Virus record (IMG/VR): IMGVR_UViG_3300022555_000011
Span: 19,381 to 83,380 of that record
Strand: one strand, 5' to 3'
Source of the DNA: a virus
Taxonomy: Duplodnaviria > Heunggongvirae > Uroviricota > Caudoviricetes
DNA: 64,000 nucleotides
The notes beneath the pieces were generated by a model. The model made no database searches and was not told the origin of the DNA. It saw only the letters and a list, made by a program, of their open reading frames with translations. The position numbers and the translations under genes were made by a program. This document shows, one piece after another, positions 46,339 through 55,851 of this stretch. Positions within the stretch are counted from its first letter, which is position 1. Each line of letters starts with the position of its first letter.

Positions 46339-47519
46339 TGGAAATAAACTTTGTTACTAGATTTAAGGAAGATTATATATTTTTAGATATTGTTGGTCTT
46401 TCTGGTGATACAAGAGAATTTTTTGTAGAATATATTGATTTGAACACTAATGAAGTTATATATTCAGATATGCTTAAAATAAACTACTGGTCAAAAATAA
46501 ATTCTAATCCATCTATGAATATTTTGATTAGAGTTACATCAGAAAATCAAATAGTTTTTGAAAGAAGACAAGATCAGAAATTTAATAGAGTCTATATTAA
46601 AATTGGCTCAAATTCTTTGGGTGATAATATAGCTTGGATGTCTTGTATTGAAGAGTATAAAAAATTAAATAATGTAGATGTCGTTGTTTATTCAAATCAT
46701 AGGCATTTATTTGATAAGGCATATCCAGATTTTATTTTTACTGATATAGTAAATCCAGATTATATTAATGATGTTGATAAGAAAATTAAAATTGATTATG
46801 GTCCAGAATTATATAGAATAAATAATATTCCAGCATCAGATCAATGGTTTATAGATACTGAGAAATATGATAATAATTTGGATTATTTTGATTATAGAAA
46901 ATACGCTTTACAATCAATAGCAAATATAACTTTAAATATTCCTGATATAGAATATGTTTCAAAGATAAATATACCAGAAGATAATGGTCCAAAAGTTAAA
47001 GGTAAATATGTTGTTGTTGCAATTCAATCTACATCTCAACTTAAATATTGGAATAATCCATTTGGTTGGGAAAGAGTTTTTGATTTTTTAGGAAGAAATG
47101 GCTACAAAATTGTTTTAATTGATAAGAATAAAAATTTTGGTGTACTTGGAAGTTTTAACCAAGCACCAAAATCTAAATATGTCATAGACAAAACTGGGAA
47201 TTTTCCATTATCTGAAAGGATTACTGATATTAAGTATGCTGATATGATGATTACAATTAGTTCAGGCTTAGCTTGGGTTTCATGGGCTGTTGGTACTCCA
47301 GTAGTTATGATTAGTGGCTTTACAAAACCTTTTTTGGAGTTTAAATCTAATTGTGTCAGAATACATAATCCTAATGTTTGTAATGGTTGCTGGAATGATC
47401 CATTAATAACTTATGATGCAGCTAATTGGTTATTTTGTCCAAGAAAACAAGATTTTATATGTTCTAAAGCTATACAACCAAAAGATGTTATTGATGGATT
47501 TAGAAAATTAATGAAATAA
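46335..47519 (+). CDS. Aah/TibC-like (strand-loop-strand) heptosyltransferase, GT9-related
   Basis: SLGDNIAW, QSTSQLKYWNNPFGW, ISSGLAWVSWA, ISGFT, CNGCW...CP...C. Confidence 0.78.
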   Translation: MMEINFVTRFKEDYIFLDIVGLSGDTREFFVEYIDLNTNEVIYSDMLKINYWSKINSNPSMNILIRVTSENQIVFERRQDQKFNRVYIKIGSNSLGDNIAWMSCIEEYKKLNNVDVVVYSNHRHLFDKAYPDFIFTDIVNPDYINDVDKKIKIDYGPELYRINNIPASDQWFIDTEKYDNNLDYFDYRKYALQSIANITLNIPDIEYVSKINIPEDNGPKVKGKYVVVAIQSTSQLKYWNNPFGWERVFDFLGRNGYKIVLIDKNKNFGVLGSFNQAPKSKYVIDKTGNFPLSERITDIKYADMMITISSGLAWVSWAVGTPVVMISGFTKPFLEFKSNCVRIHNPNVCNGCWNDPLITYDAANWLFCPRKQDFICSKAIQPKDVIDGFRKLMK

Positions 47520-47522
47520 AAA

Positions 47523-47548
47523 AAAGTCTAACTTGTTAGTTAGACTTT
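47523..47548. terminator. bidirectional terminator
   Basis: aaagtctaact-tgtt-agttagacttt. Confidence 0.8.
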
Positions 47549-47554
47549 ATTTTA

Positions 47555-48850
47555 TTACTTCTTATCATCATCATCAACGTGTTTGAAGATGGCATCACGG
47601 AATTTGTTAAATGCTTTAGATGCAAGGAATTTTTCAGCCATTTTATTTTCTTTGCCGTCCTCAGCCAAATTGTATTCAGTATCAAGTACGTGAAGTAGGT
47701 AACCTACAATTTCATCATCTGAAATAGTTCCAAGGAACTTTGTAAGGTTTTCAACTTGTTTGATTTTAAGTTGAGCAATTCTACGTTCTTTCATATTTGC
47801 AAGAAGTTCTGATTTCTTGTCTCTGTTGAAAGTTTTAACATCACTTTCAATTTCATCATACCTATCAAGTACATCATCCAATGTAATTTTCAAAGTATCT
47901 TCACAGTAACGAATAAATCTAACATTAGAAGAACCAACATAACCATGACCAATTTCTTTAATGTCATTGATCCAAGTTCTAACATTAGGGAACTTTTTGA
48001 ATAGTTTTGGTTGACCTGTGTATTCATCCATAACCTCTCTAATTACATCTACACCATTTTCTTTAATCATATCCTTCTTAGTTACCCATTCACCAAAGTT
48101 TTCAAAGATATAATCAGATAGGAATGTCCAAGAACGAGGAGTTGCATAAGCTTTACTTGTTCTGTTTGTAGTATTACGTTCATCTGGTTTCTTGTAATAG
48201 TGCTCAGTGTGAGTTTTCAAGAATTGAACAATAACAGGGCAAACGTTTTCGTTTGCATATCTTTCAACCCATTCAGGAAATGGAAGAGTATGTTCAATGT
48301 GAATCAAACGGTTGTTAAGAGCCTGGTCAAATTCTTCTACATCAGTACCATCTTCTTCACCAAGGTTACCTGATGCACACATCATGACATTATCATTGAA
48401 TTTGAAGAATGCACCAATTTCTCTTTCAAGAAGCATCTGAAGAGCGGCATTACGAACTGACAATGTTGAACGGTTTAACTCTTCAAAGTGAATAATAGTT
48501 GGCTTAGTGTTAGCCATGTAAGCCCATTTAGGTGCTACGTGGGATAACATTTTTTGCATTTTGCCATTAACTTCTTCTTCGCCAATGGTTGGGAACAAAC
48601 CAACGTCAGTTTCGTCTACCATTGAAAGACGAATGTCAAAATATTGACAACCCATTTGTTTTGCAACTGACCTCATAATTGCAGATTTTGCATATCCTGG
48701 AGGTGAAGAGATATAAAGAACACCACTTTTAGCGTTCATCATTTTGTAATACTTCTTCTCACGGTCAGAAAGATTTTCAAACCCAGTAGGAAATTTACTT
48801 GCTGGTTCAAAATTGATTCCTTTTGGAAGATTTAGATTCGTTTTAGCCAT
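47555..48850 (-). CDS. MoxR-like AAA+ ATPase
   Basis: SPPGYAKS, DIRLS, FEELNR, ASGN, ALNNR, TPRSW. Confidence 0.85.
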   Translation of the reverse strand: MAKTNLNLPKGINFEPASKFPTGFENLSDREKKYYKMMNAKSGVLYISSPPGYAKSAIMRSVAKQMGCQYFDIRLSMVDETDVGLFPTIGEEEVNGKMQKMLSHVAPKWAYMANTKPTIIHFEELNRSTLSVRNAALQMLLEREIGAFFKFNDNVMMCASGNLGEEDGTDVEEFDQALNNRLIHIEHTLPFPEWVERYANENVCPVIVQFLKTHTEHYYKKPDERNTTNRTSKAYATPRSWTFLSDYIFENFGEWVTKKDMIKENGVDVIREVMDEYTGQPKLFKKFPNVRTWINDIKEIGHGYVGSSNVRFIRYCEDTLKITLDDVLDRYDEIESDVKTFNRDKKSELLANMKERRIAQLKIKQVENLTKFLGTISDDEIVGYLLHVLDTEYNLAEDGKENKMAEKFLASKAFNKFRDAIFKHVDDDDKK

Positions 48851-48936
48851 AATTTTTATTTAATTTTATTTTTACTTCTTTATTAGATTATAAATATACA
48901 CCTACTTTTTGATATAAAAAAATTGTATAGATAATT

Positions 48937-50316
48937 TTAATTAAAATTATCTAACATATTTGGAACATAAACAAATCCTTCTTGTTCCATACTTTTAATG
49001 ATATCCTCTTTTGTTTTTGATTCAGAATCATTAACTTCCCACATTGCTTCCATCATTTCAGAATCACCAAATATTCCTGCTCTGTTAAGAGCATCAATAA
49101 CATTTTGTGATAAACTGTGAGAACCTAATTGATCATCTAAATAAGTAGCACCATCTTCAAATAATGCAATAATTGATGGCATTTCTTCTTCTGGAGACAC
49201 CATAACATCAAAACACCAGTCACTTGGATTTGTTTGTTTTTTCTTCATTTCTTCGTCGTTATTATTGTTAATATTAAAATCATCTTCACCATCAGAAAGG
49301 ATTTGTCCAAATTCTAATTTTTCCTCTTTATCATTTGATTTTTCCTTGTTTATTTTATCCAAATATTCCTTTTCTCTTTTTTTCTTATTTTCTTTGAAAA
49401 TTGGAACCAGATAATCAATAACATATTCAAACCTATCAGTTTCGTTTTTATATATCCATTCTGGAATTGATTTAGTGTCAATATCATATAATTGAGCTAA
49501 AACATCGTAATCAGAAAGTATTCTTGGGCATGTAATACTATCATCAATTTCAACAGCATCTTCAGTAATTAATTCTGTTTTTTCAAACCTTAATGTTGCA
49601 GTATATGATCTTTCATTATCAGTAAGATAAACATTCATTCTATCTTCTAGTAGTGAACAAAGTTCTATTTTACAAATGAATGGTTTATCATTAATTTTAA
49701 TCCAAGATTCTTCGTTAATGAGACTCCCAACAATTTTTTCTAATTCAGATGTGAAATCAAAATCTCTCTTTTCGAATTCGATAACACCTTCAAAATATTC
49801 TTGTAATAATTTCACCAAATTATTATTGTATGCTAAAAGCATTTCTTCTCTTTTGTTCTTTGATTCTTGGTGTTGTTTAATGAAATCTTCCATCAATTCT
49901 TTTTGATGTAAATCATATTCTGCTTTTTTTGCTTCTGCATAAGCTTCTGGGTCTTTATTATATAATAAAGAATCTTGAACTTCTAAAATTCTATATTCTC
50001 CTTTTACAGTTTCAATAAAGTTAGAAAAATCTTGATCTTCTGAAATTTTATTATTGAGTTTTCTTTTTAATTCAGCAGTATCAAATTCTTTTGTCCAGAA
50101 TATAGCAGGTGCAAATTTTTCAATTTCAACTGAACATTCTTTTATTAATTCTTGAACAATTGCAGTTGGTGAAAATTCTAATGTTTCCTGATCCAATGAT
50201 TCTCCATTCTTCATTAAATATAGAAGATGTCCATTTGGATCTATAGTTCTAACAAGATGATAATTATAAGTTTCATCTTGTGAGAATAATTTAAGTAAAT
50301 TTTGTCTTTTTCCCAT
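48937..50316 (-). CDS. acidic hypothetical protein
   Basis: 459-aa ORF with upstream TATATTTG promoter. Confidence 0.7.
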   Translation of the reverse strand: MGKRQNLLKLFSQDETYNYHLVRTIDPNGHLLYLMKNGESLDQETLEFSPTAIVQELIKECSVEIEKFAPAIFWTKEFDTAELKRKLNNKISEDQDFSNFIETVKGEYRILEVQDSLLYNKDPEAYAEAKKAEYDLHQKELMEDFIKQHQESKNKREEMLLAYNNNLVKLLQEYFEGVIEFEKRDFDFTSELEKIVGSLINEESWIKINDKPFICKIELCSLLEDRMNVYLTDNERSYTATLRFEKTELITEDAVEIDDSITCPRILSDYDVLAQLYDIDTKSIPEWIYKNETDRFEYVIDYLVPIFKENKKKREKEYLDKINKEKSNDKEEKLEFGQILSDGEDDFNINNNNDEEMKKKQTNPSDWCFDVMVSPEEEMPSIIALFEDGATYLDDQLGSHSLSQNVIDALNRAGIFGDSEMMEAMWEVNDSESKTKEDIIKSMEQEGFVYVPNMLDNFN

Positions 50317-50351
50317 TATTATTTTTTAATATGTGGTTTTTATTTATAATT

Positions 50352-50382
50352 CAAATATAAACATTATTTATAAATAAAAAAA
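50352..50382 (-). promoter_or_regulatory. Bacteroidota-type promoter TTTTTTTAT-N14-TATATTTG
   Basis: Same layout at 53372-53402 and 55318-55348. Confidence 0.65.
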
Positions 50383-50450
50383 ATTGAAAATAATTATCTT
50401 TTTATATCTTTTTTTATCTTTTTGACCTTATATATTTTATATATAGTAAT

Positions 50451-50600
50451 ATGAGAAAGTTAAAAAATATGAAAATAGACGAAAACTTGCATACTGATTT
50501 GAAAAAATATGCAAAAGAAAATTCACTAAAATTAAATGATTGGGTTGAAAAAATTATTAAAAAAGAGTTTGAAAAAATAAAAGATAGAAATGATAATTGA
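50451..50600 (+). CDS. 49-aa ribbon-helix-helix-like protein not in the ORF track
   Basis: MRKLKNMKIDENLHTDLKKYAKENSLKLNDWVEKIIKKE; tatatatag upstream; overlaps the next gene. Confidence 0.65.
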   Translation: MRKLKNMKIDENLHTDLKKYAKENSLKLNDWVEKIIKKEFEKIKDRNDN

Positions 50601-51396
50601 AGAGTATGTTAATGTTGGTGTGAATTCTAGAAATAAAAATCATTTTATATCTTTAGGTTATAATGCTATTGTTGGTATAGATATGATGGTATTATCTATA
50701 CATTTATGTAAAAATAGTAATTCTTTAATAAAAGCGAAATGTGCGGATTGTGGCTGTGAAACAAATATAAAAATGAGAACATATACAAAATCTTTAAAAT
50801 CGCATGATTATTACTGTTGTAAAAAATGTTCAATAAATAAGAATATAAAAACAAATAAAGAAAAATATGGAGTTGAACATACATTTCAAAACAAAGAATT
50901 ATTAGATAAACGAAAAGAAAATAATATAGATAAATATGGTGTTGATAGTGTTTTTAAGTTAAATGATGTTAAAGAAAAAATTAAGAAAACAAATTTAGAA
51001 AGATATGGATTTGAAAGTGCCAGTCAAAGCGATGCTGTCATTGAAAAAATGAAAAATACTAGAATAAAAATTGGCATACAATTGTCAGATAATTTACTTT
51101 CAGATTTTATTTTATATAAAAGAAATGTCAATAGAATTACTAATAGAAATAAAAAAGCACTATTATTAGAATGGAATGGTTTAGATTATTATGACAATGA
51201 GGATATAAGGAGTAATTTTATTTTACGTGGACAAGATCCAAATTATCCTTCTCTTGATCATAAAATTTCTATTTGGTATGGTTATCAAAAAGAAATATCA
51301 CCTGAGATTATAGGTGATATTTCTAATTTGTGCTTTACAAAGAACTCTATAAATTCTACTAAGAATATAAAGATTGAATCCGAATTTAAATATTAA
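50590..51396 (+). CDS. free-standing HNH-like homing endonuclease
   Basis: KEKYGV repeats; C-terminal SLDHKIS...NL...N..K. Confidence 0.65.
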   Translation: MIIEEYVNVGVNSRNKNHFISLGYNAIVGIDMMVLSIHLCKNSNSLIKAKCADCGCETNIKMRTYTKSLKSHDYYCCKKCSINKNIKTNKEKYGVEHTFQNKELLDKRKENNIDKYGVDSVFKLNDVKEKIKKTNLERYGFESASQSDAVIEKMKNTRIKIGIQLSDNLLSDFILYKRNVNRITNRNKKALLLEWNGLDYYDNEDIRSNFILRGQDPNYPSLDHKISIWYGYQKEISPEIIGDISNLCFTKNSINSTKNIKIESEFKY

Positions 51397-53057
51397 TCTT
51401 GTTTATCAATATGCTCAATCTGCTTAATTTTACCATTATCAAATGCAATTGGACATTTACCATCTGTGGATAAAATCAAAGTTTTTGTTCTAATTCCTTG
51501 AAAATCTAACGAATCTGTACATCCGTCAGTTAAAATTACAGTGTTGAATATGCTTATTTTATTTTTTTTATCTGCAATAAATTTTAATGCTGGAGTTAAA
51601 GTTGTACCGCCAAGACCAAAAATTTTCATTTTTTCTAGTTCTTTTTTACAAGTAATTTTATATACTTTTTTTACTTCTGTGTCTATTTGAACTAAATTCA
51701 TTTCAATATCGTTTTGGAAAATGTAGGATAATACTTTTTCGAAGCTACCTGACATCGAACCACTTGTGTCTAATATGACGTTAATTTCATTTTTATATTT
51801 CTTATTACCTTTAAGTCCTTCAATTCCTCTACGATTTGGACGAACAATGGTTTTTGATTTTTTAGAACCAAAAATATGACTACTCATAGTCCTTTTAATT
51901 TCTTTCAAATAGTCCCTTCTAGTTTTACGAAGTTTGTTAAGAATAGCTTCAACTTCACCAGATGATAAACCACGGTTTTTTAACTTGGTCATAATACCTT
52001 CAACAATTTCTCTTTTCAATTCTTGAGGTATGTCGTCTGGTAAGTGTGAATCAAGTGTATTCTGTTCTTCTCTTTCTTCACCTTCAAAAATAGTATCAAG
52101 TGAATAACATTCAGAATCATTTTTACCATATTTACCATATCTTGGTTTACCTGATGTGTCTTTGTCACCCTGACGAGATTGATTATTCTCATTCTCATGA
52201 CCACAGTTAGGACACTTGTTACCTTGACCTTCACCATCACCATCTTCATCACTATCTTGGTCACCACCTTGACCACCTTTACCTTGTTTTTCTTTATTTT
52301 TTCCGTCTGAACCTGATTTTCCTCCACCTTGACCTTTACCGTCTTTTCCTTCTTTGTCACCTTTACCTTTGCCTTGACCTTCTTTGTCACCTTGACCTTC
52401 TCCTTCTTGATCACCTTCACCTCCACCATCTCCAGGTTGATCACCTGGCTGAGGCATTGGCTGTCCACAATTAGGACATTTTCCAGCTTGCTTTCTCATT
52501 TGCTGAATTTTGTCCTTATTTTTTTCTTGCCATTCTCTTCTTTTATTTACATACCATTCATATAAATCTTCAAAAATAGCTTCACCTTTATATTCTTTTG
52601 GAATCATAAGTGCACTATTATTATCAAACATATCCTTAGGAACAGAAATGAATGGTTTTGGTCCTGAGCCAAGACCACCTTGTTTCATAATTTCATCAAC
52701 AATGATTTGATTTATAATCATATCTTGTACAATGTTAGCCGCTTTTAAGTCATAACCAACACTTCTTTTTACGTGATCAAACAAAATGTGGAATTCTTCG
52801 TGAATTAAAAGAAAATTGACTGCGGATTGAACAAGACTATCCATGAATTTTCTATCCCAATAGAAGTTCATACCAGCAGATGTGACATTTACACCTGCTG
52901 TTTTGATATAAGGATTGTTTTTTGATTCAAAAAAGTTGATGAAAAGAGCAAATTCACCATAATAAGGTAGGTTACCAGTTGCCATCATAGCTACGACAGC
53001 TTCAGTAAGCTTTTCGTGCATTTGACCTGGTATGACATGCTTGTAAAAATCTAACAT
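51393..53057 (-). CDS. DUF2201-like metallopeptidase + vWA-domain protein (MoxR partner)
   Basis: HEEFH zincin-like motif, G/K/D-rich linker flanked by CPNC, MIDAS DTSGSM, TDG. Confidence 0.85.
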   Translation of the reverse strand: MLDFYKHVIPGQMHEKLTEAVVAMMATGNLPYYGEFALFINFFESKNNPYIKTAGVNVTSAGMNFYWDRKFMDSLVQSAVNFLLIHEEFHILFDHVKRSVGYDLKAANIVQDMIINQIIVDEIMKQGGLGSGPKPFISVPKDMFDNNSALMIPKEYKGEAIFEDLYEWYVNKRREWQEKNKDKIQQMRKQAGKCPNCGQPMPQPGDQPGDGGGEGDQEGEGQGDKEGQGKGKGDKEGKDGKGQGGGKSGSDGKNKEKQGKGGQGGDQDSDEDGDGEGQGNKCPNCGHENENNQSRQGDKDTSGKPRYGKYGKNDSECYSLDTIFEGEEREEQNTLDSHLPDDIPQELKREIVEGIMTKLKNRGLSSGEVEAILNKLRKTRRDYLKEIKRTMSSHIFGSKKSKTIVRPNRRGIEGLKGNKKYKNEINVILDTSGSMSGSFEKVLSYIFQNDIEMNLVQIDTEVKKVYKITCKKELEKMKIFGLGGTTLTPALKFIADKKNKISIFNTVILTDGCTDSLDFQGIRTKTLILSTDGKCPIAFDNGKIKQIEHIDKQD

Positions 53058-53071
53058 ATTTTATTTATTTT

Positions 53072-53356
53072 TTATTTTTTATTTTTTAACCAAACTAAGA
53101 ATAATACAAAAAATAATGTAATTGGTAAAAAAACATTTGAATTTACTTGTATTGTTTTTTTCAACCCCCACATTTTATATTCTTTTACTAATAAATCACC
53201 AATTTTTACTGCATAAACTTTAGTTGTATCAATTTGTGCACTAATTGGTTCAGCACTTTTTCTGGCTTTTTCAACATCAATATACTGATTCTTAGAAAAA
53301 ACCGAAAATGAAAACATCATTAATAATAAAACAAATATTGTCTTTTTCATAGTCAC
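53072..53356 (-). CDS. small membrane protein
   Basis: N-terminal signal peptide and C-terminal TM helix. Confidence 0.6.
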   Translation of the reverse strand: MTMKKTIFVLLLMMFSFSVFSKNQYIDVEKARKSAEPISAQIDTTKVYAVKIGDLLVKEYKMWGLKKTIQVNSNVFLPITLFFVLFLVWLKNKK

Positions 53357-53371
53357 ATATTTTATTGACTA

Positions 53372-53402
53372 CAAATATAGTATATTTTACTGAATAAAAA
53401 AA
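53372..53402 (-). promoter_or_regulatory. Bacteroidota-type promoter TTTTTTTAT-N14-TATATTTG
   Basis: Directly upstream of 53356. Confidence 0.65.
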
Positions 53403-54134
53403 TTAAAATGTAGGAATTAATTTTTTTGTCTTCCAGTAGTAAGTAAGTGAGTATCCACCAATTAGACCACCAAGGTGAGCAAAGTGACCTACACCAAATC
53501 CATATGATGGATTTATTAATGATAGTAGACCAAATCCAAGTGATAATGCACCAAAACCATAAACGAAATTTTTCATTTTCATTGGAATAATGAACATAAA
53601 TAGAACTTCTGTTTCAGGTGCAATAAAAACAAATGCTGATACTAAACCACAGAGAGCGCCAGATGCTCCAACTGCTGGACCTGTTCCTAAAAACATCCAA
53701 AGTAATGCTGAAGATAATCCACTTATGAAATATAACTTTAGGAATTTATTTGTACCTATAATTTGCTCAAGTTGATTGCCAAATTGCCATAACACAAACA
53801 TATTAAATAATATGTGTAAAAATCCAGCATGTAAAAACATTGATGTTATTGGTTGCCAAATTGCAAAATTTGGATCTTGAATATTGAAGAGTGCAAATGC
53901 GTTCATATTTATAAAATATGTACCAAGGAATAATATTACATTGGCAAGAATTAAATTTCTTACTGAATTAGTTGATAATACAATAGATGTAAATTTATAA
54001 ATATTTTCTCTTCTTTTTTGAGTTTTTTTCTTTTTTTCTGAAAACTCTATTCTTTCAGGTGTATTGAATAGTTCTTTTATTTTTTCTTTGTTTAAAGAAA
54101 AATCATAACCAGCGATTGGTCTTTCTTCTTTCAT
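53403..54134 (-). CDS. rhomboid intramembrane serine protease
   Basis: FLHAGFLHILFNM, GASG, AHLGG, multiple TM helices. Confidence 0.92.
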   Translation of the reverse strand: MKEERPIAGYDFSLNKEKIKELFNTPERIEFSEKKKKTQKRRENIYKFTSIVLSTNSVRNLILANVILFLGTYFINMNAFALFNIQDPNFAIWQPITSMFLHAGFLHILFNMFVLWQFGNQLEQIIGTNKFLKLYFISGLSSALLWMFLGTGPAVGASGALCGLVSAFVFIAPETEVLFMFIIPMKMKNFVYGFGALSLGFGLLSLINPSYGFGVGHFAHLGGLIGGYSLTYYWKTKKLIPTF

Positions 54135-54140
54135 TTTTTA

Positions 54141-54341
54141 TCATTTTAAAATGTTACACTTAGCTTCTGGATCTTTTCTACCACCTTGCTGACCATATTT
54201 ACATTCATCACAATCTATTAATGAATGATATTCACAGTCATATTCAACTGGATCTAGTGGGTGATTACATTGATAACTTTTACACTTTGGGTGCTTATTT
54301 TTTTCTCCTAATAGCCATACTATATTAGTCTTCTCTTTCAT
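54141..54341 (-). CDS. small Cys-rich protein
   Basis: 66 aa with six Cys. Confidence 0.55.
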   Translation of the reverse strand: MKEKTNIVWLLGEKNKHPKCKSYQCNHPLDPVEYDCEYHSLIDCDECKYGQQGGRKDPEAKCNILK

Positions 54342-54603
54342 ATTTTGTTGAGAATTTATACATTTTGCTTAATTCAACATGTCTTTTAATATCTTTCCAG
54401 TTTAATTTCATTTTCTTTTCTGTATCATTATCTAATTGTCCACCTATTAATAATTCAATTAATACTACAGTGTCTAGATAATTTTTGATATGAAGAAAGA
54501 TGGCATATAAATACCATCTTTGTCTCCACATCTTTACATGCCATTTAGAAGATTCATAAGATATTATGTTCTTCTTCTTCGTCTTCTGCTCCATTGTGAT
54601 CAA
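54325..54603 (-). CDS. hypothetical protein
   Basis: 92-aa ORF overlapping both neighbours. Confidence 0.55.
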   Translation of the reverse strand: MITMEQKTKKKNIISYESSKWHVKMWRQRWYLYAIFLHIKNYLDTVVLIELLIGGQLDNDTEKKMKLNWKDIKRHVELSKMYKFSTKYERED

Positions 54604-55207
54604 TTTCTTGGAATTTTTTCTGTACTCTCTTTTTAATGATATTTCTACCTTTTTTAATTTGAGATTTAATAGTTGAAAGGTTTATATTCAACTCTTCAGA
54701 AATTTCTTTATAAGCCATTCCTTCAATTTCTCGCATGATTAGAACTTTCTTATACTTAGAATCCTTTTCAGGTAAGTTATAAATAGTTTCTTTAATGAAA
54801 TTAGCCTTCTTGACAAATATGTTATATTCATCAATGTGTCGTTTACCATCATCATATGGAATAATATTTGACAGATTGAAATTTTCTGCCATTTCTTTAT
54901 CCAAAGAATTGGTTGGAAGCCTCTCGCCGTCTTTATGAGCTTTTTTAACAATATTTTCAGCGATCTTGTAAATCCAAGTATTTACTTGCGCACCACCTTC
55001 GTCTGGTCTCTTATAAGTACTTATATTCAATAGTGCTTGAATAAAAGCATCTTCTACATGATCTTCCGCAACATCTTGATCTTTGGTGTATTTTGCAATA
55101 TACCACATTAATCTTGGTTTGTAGTTTTTGTAGAAGTTTTGAAAATTAGTACCCGTGCGTTCCTCGAATTGTATTTCGAGTTCATTCATTGTTTCTTTTT
55201 CTTTCAT
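54554..55207 (-). CDS. ECF-type RNA polymerase sigma factor
   Basis: Region 2 AEDHVEDAFIQ...NTWIYKIA; region 4 REIEGMAYKEISEELNINLSTIKSQI. Confidence 0.9.
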   Translation of the reverse strand: MKEKETMNELEIQFEERTGTNFQNFYKNYKPRLMWYIAKYTKDQDVAEDHVEDAFIQALLNISTYKRPDEGGAQVNTWIYKIAENIVKKAHKDGERLPTNSLDKEMAENFNLSNIIPYDDGKRHIDEYNIFVKKANFIKETIYNLPEKDSKYKKVLIMREIEGMAYKEISEELNINLSTIKSQIKKGRNIIKKRVQKKFQEIDHNGAEDEEEEHNIL

Positions 55208-55317
55208 AGATATAATTTAGAACATTTATATAGTAAATAAGTCATTCTTTGTTTACTACATTTATTAAAATAATTTAATTCTTAATGATAAAATCACATT
55301 GATTTTTCTTTGTATAT

Positions 55318-55348
55318 CAAATATAACTAAATTATTAGAATAAAAAAA
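55318..55348 (-). promoter_or_regulatory. Bacteroidota-type promoter TTTTTTTAT-N14-TATATTTG
   Basis: About 110 nt upstream of the sigma gene. Confidence 0.6.
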
Positions 55349-55402
55349 ATGCTCTGAACTCTATTCTACTCTTTTTGGAACAAAAGGTTTCAAAAATAAA
55401 AA

Positions 55403-55431
55403 AAGGTGGTGCTAAACCATAGCACCACCTT
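55403..55431 (-). terminator. intrinsic terminator
   Basis: aaggtggtgcta-aacca-tagcaccacctt with a T tract on the minus strand. Confidence 0.85.
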
Positions 55432-55458
55432 GTCATTACAAACAATCAACATTAAAAA

Positions 55459-55719
55459 CTATTTTACTAATACATCAATTAATACTTGTAATTGAGATTC
55501 ATTTATTTCAACAATACTTGTATCATAAATTTTATCTCCTTCTGGATCTTCCTTGTAGTAAGAATACGTTTGCAAATCAACTTCACAATCTTGATCTCCG
55601 AATATTGTTGCCCAATGTGAAATTACACATTCACCATCTTCATCACCAACATTTATTTCTTTGTAATAGCCATATCCTTTCTTAACATAGCCATTCTTTA
55701 ATATTACATCTTTTAGCAT
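55459..55719 (-). CDS. hypothetical protein
   Basis: 86-aa ORF. Confidence 0.6.
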   Translation of the reverse strand: MLKDVILKNGYVKKGYGYYKEINVGDEDGECVISHWATIFGDQDCEVDLQTYSYYKEDPEGDKIYDTSIVEINESQLQVLIDVLVK

Positions 55720-55847
55720 TTTTTACAAATTTTATAGTCATTATTAATTAGCCATTGAAAAATTTCACCAATTAGTTGGTTATTAACATTAACTGTGTGA
55801 TCATCACAACAATCATCACAAACTGTTTGAATATCTTGTTCTTCCAT
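55713..55847 (-). CDS. 44-aa Cys-containing protein
   Basis: Start moved to MEEQDIQ (55847) to avoid overlap with 55852-56712. Confidence 0.45.
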   Translation of the reverse strand: MEEQDIQTVCDDCCDDHTVNVNNQLIGEIFQWLINNDYKICKKC

Positions 55848-55851
55848 TTTA

